DNA of 51,610 nt from Octopus bimaculoides (lineage: Eukaryota). The stretch is taken from NCBI RefSeq assembly GCF_001194135.2, contig NC_068982.1, forward strand, positions 25,028,483 through 25,080,092, read 5' to 3'. Shown here piece after piece: positions 37,291 to 51,172 of this stretch (position 1 is the first letter of the stretch; the number at the start of each line of letters is the position of its first letter). The position numbers and the translations under genes are program-made. The notes beneath the pieces were generated by a model, which worked only from the letters and a program-made list of their open reading frames with translations, ran no database searches and was not told where the DNA came from.

Positions 37291-39489
37291 AATAGACAAT
37301 AGACACAGTTCACAGAAGAGGTGGAAACGATTAGAAATCGTACATAGGGGCCTAGATTTATTAATTCTGTAAGGTGTATTGGAGATAACATTTTAAACAA
37401 CGAAAGAGAACGGGCTCAGAAACCATAAAAAAGTGTTTATCAAAATGAAACGGCCGACATTCACAGTACTATGTGACACGCTCTGAATATATTTGTAACA
37501 TAACTCTGTAATTCTGATGCTTACACAATGAGTTGTTTAATTTTCAAATTTGGAGTAAATGAATCTCTTCACGAAAACCATCCAATATTATTGAGCTTGC
37601 GGAAGCTGCCCTATATTAGAAATAAATGAGATGTAAATTAATTGTTCCCTCTGAAACAATTCAATGTTTTCTTTCCTCTTACAAATTTTAGGTACTACCT
37701 CGATAATGCAACGCCCCATTCTGAACACATCTAAGAAACTCACTCTTTTGCATGTTGTAAAATATAAACAATATTTGTATAGTGTGTTTTGTTTAATCAA
37801 CGAGACATACTTAAAAGGAAACAACGAATGAGAGCAAGTGTGATAAAAAGAAGACACAGACAGAATATTTATTATAAATATTTGAAATCTAGTATATTTC
37901 AATGCATTATATCCATTTGTAGTCTTGATAATACCACTATTGATAAATTTTTGATACGTAGAACATAAAAAGTAAATAGATCAATAAGTAAAGGGCAGCA
38001 TTAATTTTAAACCATTGTCGTAAAATCAATTATTCTGCCAATAGCATAGAAATCAGTTTTCAATAGATTTCTCTAATGGACATCTATTCAAAAATGCTGA
38101 TTTCTTTTTTTGTTAAATAATTTTTCTTCATAAATTTCTATTACCTATTTGTATCAACTATATGAATGAAGTATATTTATCGACTATGATTTCAGACATG
38201 TGTCTATATATCCGTTAGATGGTCTGCTATGACAGAATATAAAATTGATAACATAAATAGGTGTCCATTATAATAACACATAAATTTCCGTCTTATTTTT
38301 ATTTTCCATCAAAGAATTCCAGACTGAATTCAAATCACGTTATTTTTTTACAACAAAATAATTACATGTTACTTTTTCATTTATTTACTTGCTTTCTTGT
38401 ACTAAGCTCGCAATTTCTTTTTAAATTTTCAATCTCGAAAGATTTGTACGTTTTTGCAATTAAAAATAGAGTTGAATCAATTTGTACAACAATCAGTGTA
38501 TTGAAATACAATATCAGGCACAGTTTCATGTATGTCATATTGTCTGTTTGTAAATATATCTTACAAGTAAAGAATCACAAAAGACAAAAGTAAATCGTAA
38601 CGAAATGCATTTGTTTAAACAAACATCAATCTTTTCAATATCCTTATTTACACACATATACAAGCACAAAAATATATACATAGACAAATCCACACACGCA
38701 TACGTACAAAGCACACACACACGCATATATATGTGTGTGTGTGTGCGTGTGTATGTGTACTTGCGTGTGAGTGCGTACGTGTGTATGTGTGTGTGGATGT
38801 ATATATGTATGTTTGTAAATACTTGTATATATACGGACAAATATGCACACGTACACATTTACATACGTTGGTTAGATTTATTGACGTAAATTTATTAATA
38901 TATCGGCGATCACACCAAATATTTACTGTGAGTGCACAATAACATTTATTCCTTAGATTTCGCACAAGCGTCTATTTTTTCAGTATCAACACACGCTTAC
39001 TCATGCGTACTCATACGTAAACTCATTCATGCATACATCCATTCTCTGTATGTGTGTGTGTTATTGTATGTTTGTATGTGCGTGTGTATGTGAGAGAGAG
39101 AGAGAGAGAGAATGTGTGTGTATTTGGCGGGGTACATGTGTGTATGTGGTCAAGTGTGAGCTTGTATGTATATGTATAAAATCGCATTGATGCACGTGGA
39201 CAAGAAATAATGTAACTCGAAACCAGTTATTTATTTCACAACTGAACGTCCTTTCTGCCAACCACATGACCAAAACTCTGTCCTTCCCCAGTTTAGAATA
39301 TATTATAAACAAATATTTGTAATCTAGATTCTTTTAAAATGTATATCCTTCTTTGAAAAATGCTATCTTTTCGTTAAATCAGGTTGAGCATTTGTATAGC
39401 GAAGACTAATCTACGCATGGATAACACGTGTTATTCATGTAGTATTTCTCTATGACACTATTATTCCTGGTGATATTATATTCCTTAGA

Positions 39490-39697
39490 TTAAATGGTAT
39501 AATTTGTATGATGTGTGACTTCTGCTTCAATAGATGAAGCGGTCCTGAAAAGTTTTCGTCTGATTCTATATTCCTGATTTGCAACATACCTACTCTTAAC
39601 TAGAAAAGTATTCAAGAACTGGCGTTCCATGTTTGGTCTTAATATCCTTTTATATATCAGCGAAAGCATTATCCTATGATTCATAAAGTTCCGTATG
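39490..39697 (-). mobile_element. Possible decayed LINE reverse-transcriptase C-terminal fragment
   Basis: LIYKRILRPNME...RIRRKLFRTASSIEA loosely resembles LxYKxxIRPxLEY...FRTxxIxA of I/Jockey-group LINEs; cut by the gap. Confidence 0.3.
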
Positions 39698-40679
39698 NNN
39701 NNNNNNNNNNNNNNNNNNNNNNNNNNNNNNNNNNNNNNNNNNNNNNNNNNNNNNNNNNNNNNNNNNNNNNNNNNNNNNNNNNNNNNNNNNNNNNNNNNNN
39801 NNNNNNNNNNNNNNNNNNNNNNNNNNNNNNNNNNNNNNNNNNNNNNNNNNNNNNNNNNNNNNNNNNNNNNNNNNNNNNNNNNNNNNNNNNNNNNNNNNNN
39901 NNNNNNNNNNNNNNNNNNNNNNNNNNNNNNNNNNNNNNNNNNNNNNNNNNNNNNNNNNNNNNNNNNNNNNNNNNNNNNNNNNNNNNNNNNNNNNNNNNNN
40001 NNNNNNNNNNNNNNNNNNNNNNNNNNNNNNNNNNNNNNNNNNNNNNNNNNNNNNNNNNNNNNNNNNNNNNNNNNNNNNNNNNNNNNNNNNNNNNNNNNNN
40101 NNNNNNNNNNNNNNNNNNNNNNNNNNNNNNNNNNNNNNNNNNNNNNNNNNNNNNNNNNNNNNNNNNNNNNNNNNNNNNNNNNNNNNNNNNNNNNNNNNNN
40201 NNNNNNNNNNNNNNNNNNNNNNNNNNNNNNNNNNNNNNNNNNNNNNNNNNNNNNNNNNNNNNNNNNNNNNNNNNNNNNNNNNNNNNNNNNNNNNNNNNNN
40301 NNNNNNNNNNNNNNNNNNNNNNNNNNNNNNNNNNNNNNNNNNNNNNNNNNNNNNNNNNNNNNNNNNNNNNNNNNNNNNNNATATATATGCATAAATACAT
40401 ACGTATTTGTACATACATCTATACGTATATATACGAGTACATAGAATATGAACTATCTTTTTCGAACAAAGAAGGACACACATGGAAAACAAAGCAAACA
40501 ACACAATGAATGACCCTTCATCAGTTGTTGGCTGTTTTTATACATGGTGCCACCTGCACTGCTCAATTTTAACATAATTTAAAATGTAAATAACTGAGTA
40601 ATTAAATGTCTCAGGCAAACGAAATTAAATAACAACAGATGTATCTATCATAATTCGAACAAGATATTCAGAGAGATGC

Positions 40680-41808
40680 ACGTTTTATAACCTATTTCAC
40701 AAAGCTTCACAAATATTCGCTACACACACAGCCTGAGATACGTCACACGCCAAGTCAATAGTTCAGCTACAGCCAAACACGCTCTAGCATATCTTGCGTA
40801 ATAAACTCCAGCACCTCAGTGATTTCTCCCCATAGAAAAAAAATCACAAGGTGTCAATTCAAGTGAACGTGGTGGCCATTTCAGCAGCATAGTTTTTATT
40901 ATCACTGATACGCCTGATCAATCTCAATGAGATAAGCCCGCACAGTCAGTTTCCAGTGATGTGGATCCCCATTCTGTTGAAAAAAGAAGGGTTCATACTA
41001 ATTTACAATGAGCTCATCAAATAATCGTTTCTGAATCAATTTCAGATAAACATCACCGGTCACGTTTCCGTCAAAGGTGAACGGTCCATAAAGAAAATTC
41101 TTGGAGATTGCACTGAATATATTCATTATCGGTGAGTCCCTCACGTGCTGAACTGTGGCATGAAGATTTTCTTCTCCACAAATATGAATATTATGTTTGT
41201 TGATTTTGCCATTCGTATGAAATGTGGTCAGTGAAAATAAAACGCTTTTCGGACTCCTTATATTCAAGTTCCTTTTGTATAATGACACAGAATTGCTTGC
41301 GTTTGACCTGTCATATGTATTGAACGAACTGCAGCTTATTTACAGGGTGTCATTCACAAGTGATTTCTTACTGCTCACCAAATTATCGTACGAGGAATCT
41401 GGGTTGCCATAGATGCTTTTTATACAAACTTTCTGGGGCTTTATGCAAATCATTCCTGAACCTTATTGACGATATCTTCCGATTCTTATGGTCGTCCAGA
41501 TCCCTTTGCCCTGCTCAGAAACCTTCCTTCTTTGAAATTTTTGTGCCATGTCCAAATCTGCTTTCCAGTTGGTGCATTTCTAATGAATATTATCGAAAAT
41601 GCACGCCACACATTCTTGTTTGACTGCGTTCGAGAACATAGTAACACAGAATTTGCTTTTTCAATGCTAGTGAACATCATTCTTCACCCGGAAAAAGAAG
41701 AGGCAAAAACTTAGTTTTTATACATTTTGATCAAATTTGAGACCATTTGAGCGAGAATTGGCTATGTTCTTGGCTACGAAAAGTTGTCAATAATTTGGGG
41801 ACAACTTG
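40680..41808 (-). mobile_element. rosa/DD41D-like Tc1/mariner transposon, internally deleted pseudogene
   Basis: N-term ...KQIWTWHKNFKEG..KGSGRP; FHTNGKINKHNIHICGEENLH..VRDSPIMNIFSAIS..YGPF; FFQQNGDPHH; KWPPRSLELTPCDFFLWG; ITQDMLERVW. One terminal repeat candidate at 41780-41808. Confidence 0.85.
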
Positions 41809-41924
41809 AATATAGATAGATAGATACATACATACATACATACATACATACATACANNNNNNNNNNNNNNNNNNNNNNNNNNNNNNNNNNNNNNNNNNNN
41901 NNNNNNNNNNNNNNNNNNNNNNNN

Positions 41925-41985
<61 letters not shown>

Positions 41986-41999
41986 TATATAGAATCTTT

Positions 42000-42377
42000 T
42001 ATTATTTTGCTCTTTTACTCATTTCACTCAGTTGACTGTGGCCATGCTAGAGTACCATTTCTAGTCGAAGAAATCGACCCCAGGATTTACTTTTTCTATC
42101 GAAGTCGTATGCCGAACTGCTTGGTTTAGGGAGCATAAACACACCAACATCAGTTGTCAAGCGATATGGTGGTGGAGAACAAACACAAATACAAGGACAC
42201 ATAACTATATACATATGTATATACACACACGATGAGCTTCTTTCAGTTTCCCTTTACCAAATCCCCTCTCAAGGCTTTGGTCGGCCCGAGGCTATAGCAG
42301 TAGACAGTGGGCCAATATGCCACGCATTGGGACTGAACCCGGAACCACGTGGTTGGGAAGCAAGCTTCTTACCACAG
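42000..42377 (-). mobile_element. SINE family A copy
   Basis: Aligns with 20028-20436. Confidence 0.88.
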
Positions 42378-42799
42378 TTCAAATATTTTTGAGCAATATT
42401 TAAATCGTGAGAAAACTATTTAATGCAGCTTATCATGAGGAAGTATTAACGTTCTAGATAAAAACGTGTGAGAAAGCCACTGTCAGTTCAAAACTTCCTT
42501 TAATGGAGAGGTGGATGCATGCATTTCGAAGTAGTTATTTTCTCTTCCCCACTATATACCAAAGATTACCGAAGGGACAGAGATTCTCTTCTGGAAAAGA
42601 AATGAAACATAAAAACAACATGTGTAGAAGGGTCTGCGACTGTCAAGAAGTAAATTATTGACTAGAAGCGCTAAGAAATATGGTACTTATTAATTCGTTT
42701 TCCTTTGTCAAGCAACTATATCACGAACCAACAACTGTTTAAGCGGTTGGAGAATATAGACAAACACAGCGATACACAAATATATATATATATATATAT

Positions 42800-43084
<285 letters not shown>

Positions 43085-44759
43085 GTAGATAGATAGATAG
43101 ATAGATAGATAGATATCCATATGCATAGGTCGAAGAAAATATGTGTATCTAAAAGATTAGAGAATTGTTTCCTAATTTTAAAAGCAACTTAACTGGCTTC
43201 AGTCGTAAGGAATGTGGATCCTCATAACAAGCATGCACTTAGATTAGTGTAAACGCAATAATATCTATTAATTCACAGGTGGCATTTTCAGGAATATGTG
43301 TAGTATATATCAACAATGATGATGATAATGATGAGGACATAAGTCTCCTAAAGTAATTCTGTTGCGATAAAATCAAATTAACATTTTTGAAATCTGCAAA
43401 TAAAAGTGCATCGGTTGGTATCGGACAAAATCTTAATAAAATATTTATAACGCAAAGTTCAAGCAAAGTGTGGCAAATAAAGAATAAACGAGAGAATGAA
43501 ATTATGAACTTAAGTTTGAATATCATATCAGCCGCGAAATCCTATTGTGTGATCATGTAAATAGCTGAGTAATTATCTATCATATTTTTTTCTACATTTA
43601 CTCAGATAGTACATAATATATAATATATAAAATATATAGAGTTATTTTTTTCCTGAACTGCATCTATTATCAAACCAATGGCAATAATTTATGTATTGCT
43701 GCTGACTAATAAGTTTTTTGCAATCTAACTTATCCTTCATCGATGTTATCATAGAATTTTTCCCTTGTATATTTAAGTATTATTTTTTCCTTTTTACTTA
43801 AAATTATAGTATATATTTTACATACATTGGTATTTTCTTTTCTTTACTTTCTCTTTATTATTGATTTTTTATTTACTTTTTATCCCTTATTATCTTCTTT
43901 CCGTGCCCTTATTGTTATGTTATTTTTATTTTATTTTATTTAGCTTTACTATTATATATAATTCACTAGCTAGATTCATGAACATTATATGTAGGATCTA
44001 ACTTCTTAAACTTTTTAGTAATTTGTCCGCATGTTCTCAAGAAATATGTTAACCTGTGTTCTATAAGCTCATAAACCCTGACGCGATTCTGCACGATTTA
44101 GTTGAAAATTTTACCAATTCTTAGCATATAACCAAATACTTAGAATTACGTGGCACCTATGGACATGAGACAAAACATATAGGTAGGTTTTTGGCTTCTG
44201 CTTTTTGTTTTAAAGCTTTACAACTTGTAATTAATTTTTTATTGCTTTTATAAAAACAATTCAACACTTTTATATCATACAGATGATTTTTTTAACATCC
44301 ATAATTCTCCATTTCCTTTCTTTCAATAATAATAATATGTATCACTATAATGAACCCTAACCTATCGTCGAGACGACTTTCTCCTTGTATGATAGTGATT
44401 AACCAGCTGATTTTTTGGGGATTATCTAATCCCTAATGTGGATCTATATATACACATAATAATAATATTAGGGATAAAAATCCAAATTTACAGGTAAAAC
44501 CTCAAATTCAAATGGTTAAAATTAAAATTAAATTAAGTTTCAAAGTATAAAATAAATATATATAGTTTTAGGGAAAAGAACCAAGGTTCATGAACTCGTC
44601 GATGAAAATCCACTGTCACATATAGAAAAATTAATAAGTAAAAGCACAATAAATAAGTATATAATACAAAGTAAATATATATATATGTAAAACACAAGTG
44701 ACAGATATTATTCCAGTTTGTTCTACATCTTTGCCCTATGGAATCTGATTCTGAAGGAA

Positions 44760-45212
44760 TGTTTTTGTAAACTATCATATATCTTTTAAGTCCAGGTATT
44801 GTCATACAAGTTTTGTGACATATGACACAAGTCATAAGAGGCGATTGGTGTTCTGTTGAAGATTATTAGCTACCTGCGCATTTGAATTGTCATGTAACTT
44901 CGTATGAATCACGTATTCTACTTTTTACAACAGAAAACGATCACATATAATTCATATTCAATGTTCACTGCATATTCCAGTTCCCGTTATTCCTTAGCAA
45001 CGAGCCTTGTTAAGCTTACAGTACTGAATCATTTTTTCTTCCCATAGGATGCAACCATTTCTAACAACACCATTCCAACTGTTCTGATTCAGAACATCAA
45101 TTTCCCAATCACTTTTTTACATATCTATTTTCTTCAGGTTTTCCCTCACACAGTCTTCATACCTTTTCTTCGGCTTATGTGGTGGTCGGTTACTAGAATT
45201 GAGCTCATCATA
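44760..45212 (-). mobile_element. RTE-clade (BovB-like) LINE C-terminal fragment with terminal zinc finger
   Basis: YDELNSSNRPPHKPKKRYEDCVRENLKKIDM*KSDWE..NSWNGVVRNGCILWEEK..KARC followed by TCVICHKTCMTIPGLKRYM, matching the RTE pattern LYGEL..G.R..GRPK.RY.D...W...C..C. Confidence 0.75.
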
Positions 45213-45876
45213 ATCATATATGTATATTTATATGTATGTACATANNNNNNNNNNNNNNNNNNNNNNNNNNNNNNNNNNNNNNNNNNNNNNNNNNNNNNNN
45301 NNNNNNNNNNNNNNNNNNNNNNNNNNNNNNNNNNNNNNNNNNNNNNNNNNNNNNNNNNNNNNNNNNNNNNNNNNNNNNNNNNNNNNNNNNNNNNNNNNNN
45401 NNNNNNNNNNNNNNNNNNNNNNNNNNNNNNNNNNNNNNNNNNNNNNNNNNNNNNNNNNNNNNNNNNNNNNNNNNNNNNNNNNNNNNNNNNNNNNNNNNNN
45501 NNNNNNNNNNNNNNNNNNNNNNNNNNNNNNNNNNNNNNNNNNNNNNNNNNNNNNNNNNNNNNNNNNNNNNNNNNNNNNNNNNNNNNNNNNNNNNNNNNNN
45601 NNNNNNNNNNNNNNNNNNNNNNNNNNNNNNNNNNNNNNNNNNNNNNNNNNNNNNNNNNNNNNNNNNNNNNNNNNNNNNNNNNNNNNNNNNNNNNNNNNNN
45701 NNNNNNNNNNNNNNNNNNNNNNNNNNNNNNNNNNNNNNNNNNNNNNNNNNNNNNNNNNNNNNNNNNNNNNNNNNNNNNNNNNNNNNNNNNNNNNNNNNNN
45801 NNNNNNNNNNNNNNNNNNNNNNNNNNNNNNNNNNNNNNNNNNNNNNNNNNNNNNNNNNNNNNNNNNNNNNNNNNNN

Positions 45877-45932
<56 letters not shown>

Positions 45933-47895
45933 GTATGCATGCATGTCTAAAGATACACACATAGACATAAACACGTATATATAACTGAGGTAGGTAATTA
46001 GATTGGTATCTACTGTATTTGTTCTAAGAAGTATTTGATTAAGCTTCTCCATAATTAACTAATTAATAACAGACACTTAGAAATTGAACTTCAAATAGAA
46101 CCTGTTTTTTTCTTGTTAGAATGTCCAAAGTAAAATGTATGAGTGCCAATGTGCGAATACCAAGCAATATGCGTCAAAGTCTGCTACAGTGTATTGTATG
46201 GAAACTTATACCTTTGATGAACTCTTCATTACTAATATGCATCAAATTCATAGAAGTTTGCGTAATAAATAGATAAGTTCAGTAAAATTCTTCGAATATA
46301 TAAAATTGAGCAGACAGACCGTAGACAATTATTTCTCATTAATGCATGGAGTTTATGTAAAATTTGTTTCGTTTAATTTAATTAAGTCGTAATTTATGAA
46401 TATTACACTATCTAAAATTAATATATAAAATCAAACTTTGTACCAAACATAAACGATTCTCATCTCCAAAAATAAATTTCGAACTATTTACTGTCTACAA
46501 CAATCTGCGCAATTTTCCGTGTACACATTTTGAAAAAGTAACTAATTTATGGATTTTTTTTATGCCTCTAAATGTAATGAGATGAAGAGAACAAGAATAG
46601 GATATGTTCTTGTTTTATTAGTCTGTAAAATATGTGTATTTTCCTTGTAAGTACTTGCATAATCGTAATGAGAGTATGAAACAATGTTATTTCAACAAAG
46701 CCATGTCTTTCAAATGTTACAACTTATATAGCGTTTGAAATTTAAATTATATATGTATGTGTCGTTATGTTGGTGCGCGTATGTTTCTGTGAGGGAAGCC
46801 TTATCTTAATTATGCTATAAATAAAACAATTGAGGATTTTGTCATATTTTACAAACAATGAAGTTTGAAAACACTTTGGTTGCATCTAGACGCGCAGGGT
46901 GGAAGTTAAAAACATCGCTTTAATTTCAACTCAGAACGTATAAAAAGAAAAAGCTACGAAGTACAGTGTCTCATTTTGAAACCCTTTTCTTTCTGACAAT
47001 ATTATTATCCAAAAGAGAGTTTATGTTTGCCGCTGTTTTAAATTAGAATATGTGAGGTGATGAAACTATATATTTAATAAGTCATAAACAAGATATTGGT
47101 ACGGGCTTAAAATTCTCTCTGCAAATTAGTTATGTATAAACTATGAATGTAACATAGGACTATATCATGGCAATATTCTTTTTGATAGTGACTTAAATTA
47201 TGAAAATCTAACAACGATATTTTAATTTTATTAAAATGAGGCCTTTATAACTCGTAGAAAATAATCATGTCTTTTAACGATCTTATCTTGATATTGTTGT
47301 TTGCGCCCTGGTAGATTCTGATCGAGCATGCCTAGGATGAAAACCTTTTCCTCCGTAATTATTCTGCATATTATTTTTTTGTCTTTAAGTAGTCAACATT
47401 CATATGATCTGTACTTTTTAAAGAAAAGTATGTAAATTGATATGGATTTCGCTGTTATTTCTAGCATTTATCAATTCCTTGTTTGGTAGACTTTGCATGG
47501 TCATCAGAAGCGTAGGGGAAAATAATTTAAGTTTACTTAGCAACGAAATATCAAAATATCAATAAATGAAAATATTTAAGAAGTGCATCTAATATTGGAA
47601 TATGTATATTAAATTATGAAATAGAATGAGCAACAGTGTAATAAACAGTATCAAAGAAATATCAGTAAAGTATCTGGTTCGTGTATCTGCTGGTCGGGTA
47701 CGTGATGTTGACAAGCCACAAAAATGGAGAAACATTTATATCCATCACTCCCAGATAGGATTGAGTGTGAGATATCTCGCCCGTCCATTGCTTTACGATA
47801 TGTTTACACCCGGCGCTTTGAGAGAGTATTTTCAACTACACCAAACGGCCTACCAACAAATAATTTAGTATATGTGGTTAGCAATGTGTGTATAT

Positions 47896-47962
<67 letters not shown>

Positions 47963-48865
47963 AGTCTGCTTCACTGGGATTGCTGAGATTGTATTTTTTT
48001 TAAATGTATTGAAATAACTTTTAAACTTTTCCCATGATATGCAGAATGAAATAATTTCGTTGATTCTGTATGAAGATCTATAATGTGTCACACACACACA
48101 CACATACACACACAAACACACATATGCACACACACAAAAACACGCACGTAAACATTCCCCCCCACACACACACACACATTTATGTCTCTGCTCGTGTGTG
48201 CTAGTGGAGTTGTATCTGTAAATTCATTGAGGAAAACATACATCTTCGCAAAACACAAAGTTCTTCATAGTGTAATAATAGATATTGAACTATCTGATCA
48301 GATGATTTTTGTTTAAGAGCAAATAAAAATTATATCGTCAATATTCAGTTTTCTTTGCAATACCAGTTAATATTCAACTGATTGCAGAGGAAATTAGGTT
48401 CTCTAGATAGGCATAATTAGATAAACTCAACCGGAGACATTTTTTATGTTGTTTCGTATCTAAGAAACGGGAACTACATTTTAGATGGGAATGTAAATGC
48501 TATTATAGCAATCTAATATTATATTATATATATATATATATATAGTACTTTTAGAAACAAGGCTAATTTAGTCATTCCTACGTAGATTAAAAGGATGATG
48601 AACAAAATTAATTTGTGTACCTTACTGAACTCACGCCTGCACATAAATTTGAGCGAACCCAGAAATGCAAACAGGCAGTCTGTTTATATACCCAACAATG
48701 GCAGTAGCTATAGAAAACTTGATCTACTAGTTTGCTAGTTCCGTCATTGTTAACAGTTCATGTATCATCAGGAGTCAACAAACAGAGATCTCAGTCCACG
48801 CAGTATCATATATATATATACATACATACATGCATGCATACATACATGCATACATACATACATCT

Positions 48866-48901
<36 letters not shown>

Positions 48902-48947
48902 NNNNNNNNNNNNNNNNNNNNNNNNNNNNNNNNNNNNNNNNNNNNNN

Positions 48948-49003
<56 letters not shown>

Positions 49004-49619
49004 ATACATAAATTACCAATTTCATCGTCGACATGATACAGTCTCAGCTTACCCATTGAAGAATGTAAAATTATCTTCTTAAAACCCTTCAAAAAACAAC
49101 CCTTATTAATATAAATACACATATAATTAGAATATAGTTTTGTATTTTCTGAAGAATTCCAAAGAATGCAACGCATCTCTGTACACAAGTATTTGGAACA
49201 GATAATTCTGTCAGTGATATATCGCCCCTATACAACTTATGTATGGTGGAATCAATATAAAATAGCTGCTGAAAGGGAATCAGTATAAAACAAAAGTTGA
49301 GATCAAATTAACATAAGTTAGTAGTTGGGTTAAATTTAACATACGTGTATAAACAGAAAGAGAACCCATAGATGACTCTTCCCTAAGGTTTGAAATACAT
49401 GTGAACCATATCTTAGTTTGTTTGTTTTTTTGTTTTTAAGTATTTGTTATTCAAATGATTTTATTCTGAATTGCCTGACTATGTTTATACGAATTTTACG
49501 TATTTGTAAAAAAAAAAAAATAAAGAAAAACACCTGAAAAGTAAATGTGATAACAATTTTCCTTAGGAATGGATACAAAGCCGAAATATTCTTTACTCGA
49601 AATCGCGATAAACTACATA

Positions 49620-49810
49620 TATTGATAATTTCCACGGAGGGGATAAGTCGTTTACACCGACCCCTTATTAAACTGGTACCTATTTTATCGATCCCGAAAA
49701 GAATGAAAGACGAAGTCCACCTCGGTGGATCCTGAAGTCAGAACGTAAAGACACACGAAATGCCAATAAGTATTTTACCTGCTTGCTAACAACGCTGCTA
49801 GTTCGCCGCT
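49620..49810 (-). mobile_element. SINE family B copy
   Basis: Reverse similarity to 26716-26932. Confidence 0.75.
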
Positions 49811-49903
49811 TTGTTACATGCTATAGATATTGGAGAATATATAAACTTACTAAGAAGACTCATAAGTAGAGCAAAATGACAAATAACTAAATAAAAAGCT
49901 GTT

Positions 49904-50081
49904 CATTATTTACATTATTTACAATTGACGGATATTTATCCCCATCTTGTTTGTTGTTAACACAACGTTTAGGCTGATATACACTCCGGTCTTCATCAGG
50001 TGTCTTGGGGAAATTTCGAACCTGAGTTCTCATTCCTAGGGTATGTTACGATGTTCTTCTTCTTCTTATTATTATTATTAT

Positions 50082-50149
<68 letters not shown>

Positions 50150-50272
50150 TTCGAACTCGGAATCTTGGGGTTAATAGCTCACGCTACTAGTAGTAAATAA
50201 TGTAAATAATGTAAATAGTGTACATAATTCCTCATCTCTTAAATATAGAACTGGAGAAAGCTGTTGTTATTA
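49904..50272 (-). mobile_element. Composite non-autonomous retroelement (tRNA-like segment, trinucleotide array, hammerhead)
   Basis: GAGTTCGAAT B-box-like motif at about 50150-50158, (CTA)n(TAA)n array, the hammerhead, and a 19 bp inverted repeat at 49904-49922 / 50193-50211. Confidence 0.5.
49959..50004 (-). ncRNA. Minimal type I hammerhead ribozyme, Penelope-type, probably inactive
   Basis: gacac-CTGATGA-A-gaccg-gagtgtatat-cagcc-TAAA-CG-TT-gtgtt: intact CUGAUGA, stem I gacac/gtgtt, GAAA mutated to TAAA and two stem II mismatches. Confidence 0.6.
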
Positions 50273-51082
50273 ATCCTATCTCAAAGTACAGACTCTTTAG
50301 CTGGAGCTCTAAACAAATTCAGTCCCGTGGCATTCACTGAAGACGGTAGCAAAAAGTGTGGTTCTATTTATGTTATAATTTCATCACTTATATTCATATC
50401 AAATAATTTAGAAATATAATGCATTAACATTGAATCTTGCCCAATAAATATATTTGTATATTATACCTAATGGGTGCATGTATGTATGAATTTGTGTGTG
50501 CGTGTGTGTGTGTGTGTGTCTTTGTGTGAGGGAGAGTGTGTGCGGGTGTAAAGAAATATCTGCACAAATTTTTGGTTGACTGTACCACTGACGATTGTAA
50601 TAACACACAATTATTTTTACTACAAAATATAAGTTTCGAATACCTCATGAAATCTTAAAATATAAGTCTTCAAAACTAGCGTAACAGGAGTAGGATCAAG
50701 TATAATGCATATTTATCGGTTATAGAATATTATGAAGTTTAATATTTATCATATACCAAGATATTAAAACGGAAATATCGTCGACAGCCATACGTATGTC
50801 TTTTCTAACGTGGGCTTTAATTTTATATATCAAACATCGTAAATAACAACACACGCATATATATGTGGAGGAGGGGACGCACGCATGCGCGTGTGTATAT
50901 AGATAGGGAAATAGATGACAGCGAGACATACGTAAGCATAGTGTTTGGAAGATAACAAGAATTATAAATAGTTAAATTAATCGATAAATCAATCCATAAG
51001 CAATAAGATGAATATGAAGGTAAATAAGGAGTATTACAGACGAACAGTTCGAAAGAGAGAATACGCACAAACACTATATCGA

Positions 51083-51084
<2 letters not shown>

Positions 51085-51144
<60 letters not shown>

Positions 51145-51172
51145 CGATAGATAGATAGATAGATAGATAGAT
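51085..51172. repeat. (TAGA)n microsatellite
   Basis: Direct reading. Confidence 0.95.

Noticed and set aside
40455-40530. CTGATGAAGGG on the minus strand as a third hammerhead
   Set aside because: No closable stem II and no properly placed GAAA-N-UH.
46205-46240. SNEEFIKG resembling an EF-hand end before a donor
   Set aside because: The upstream DxNxDG loop is missing.
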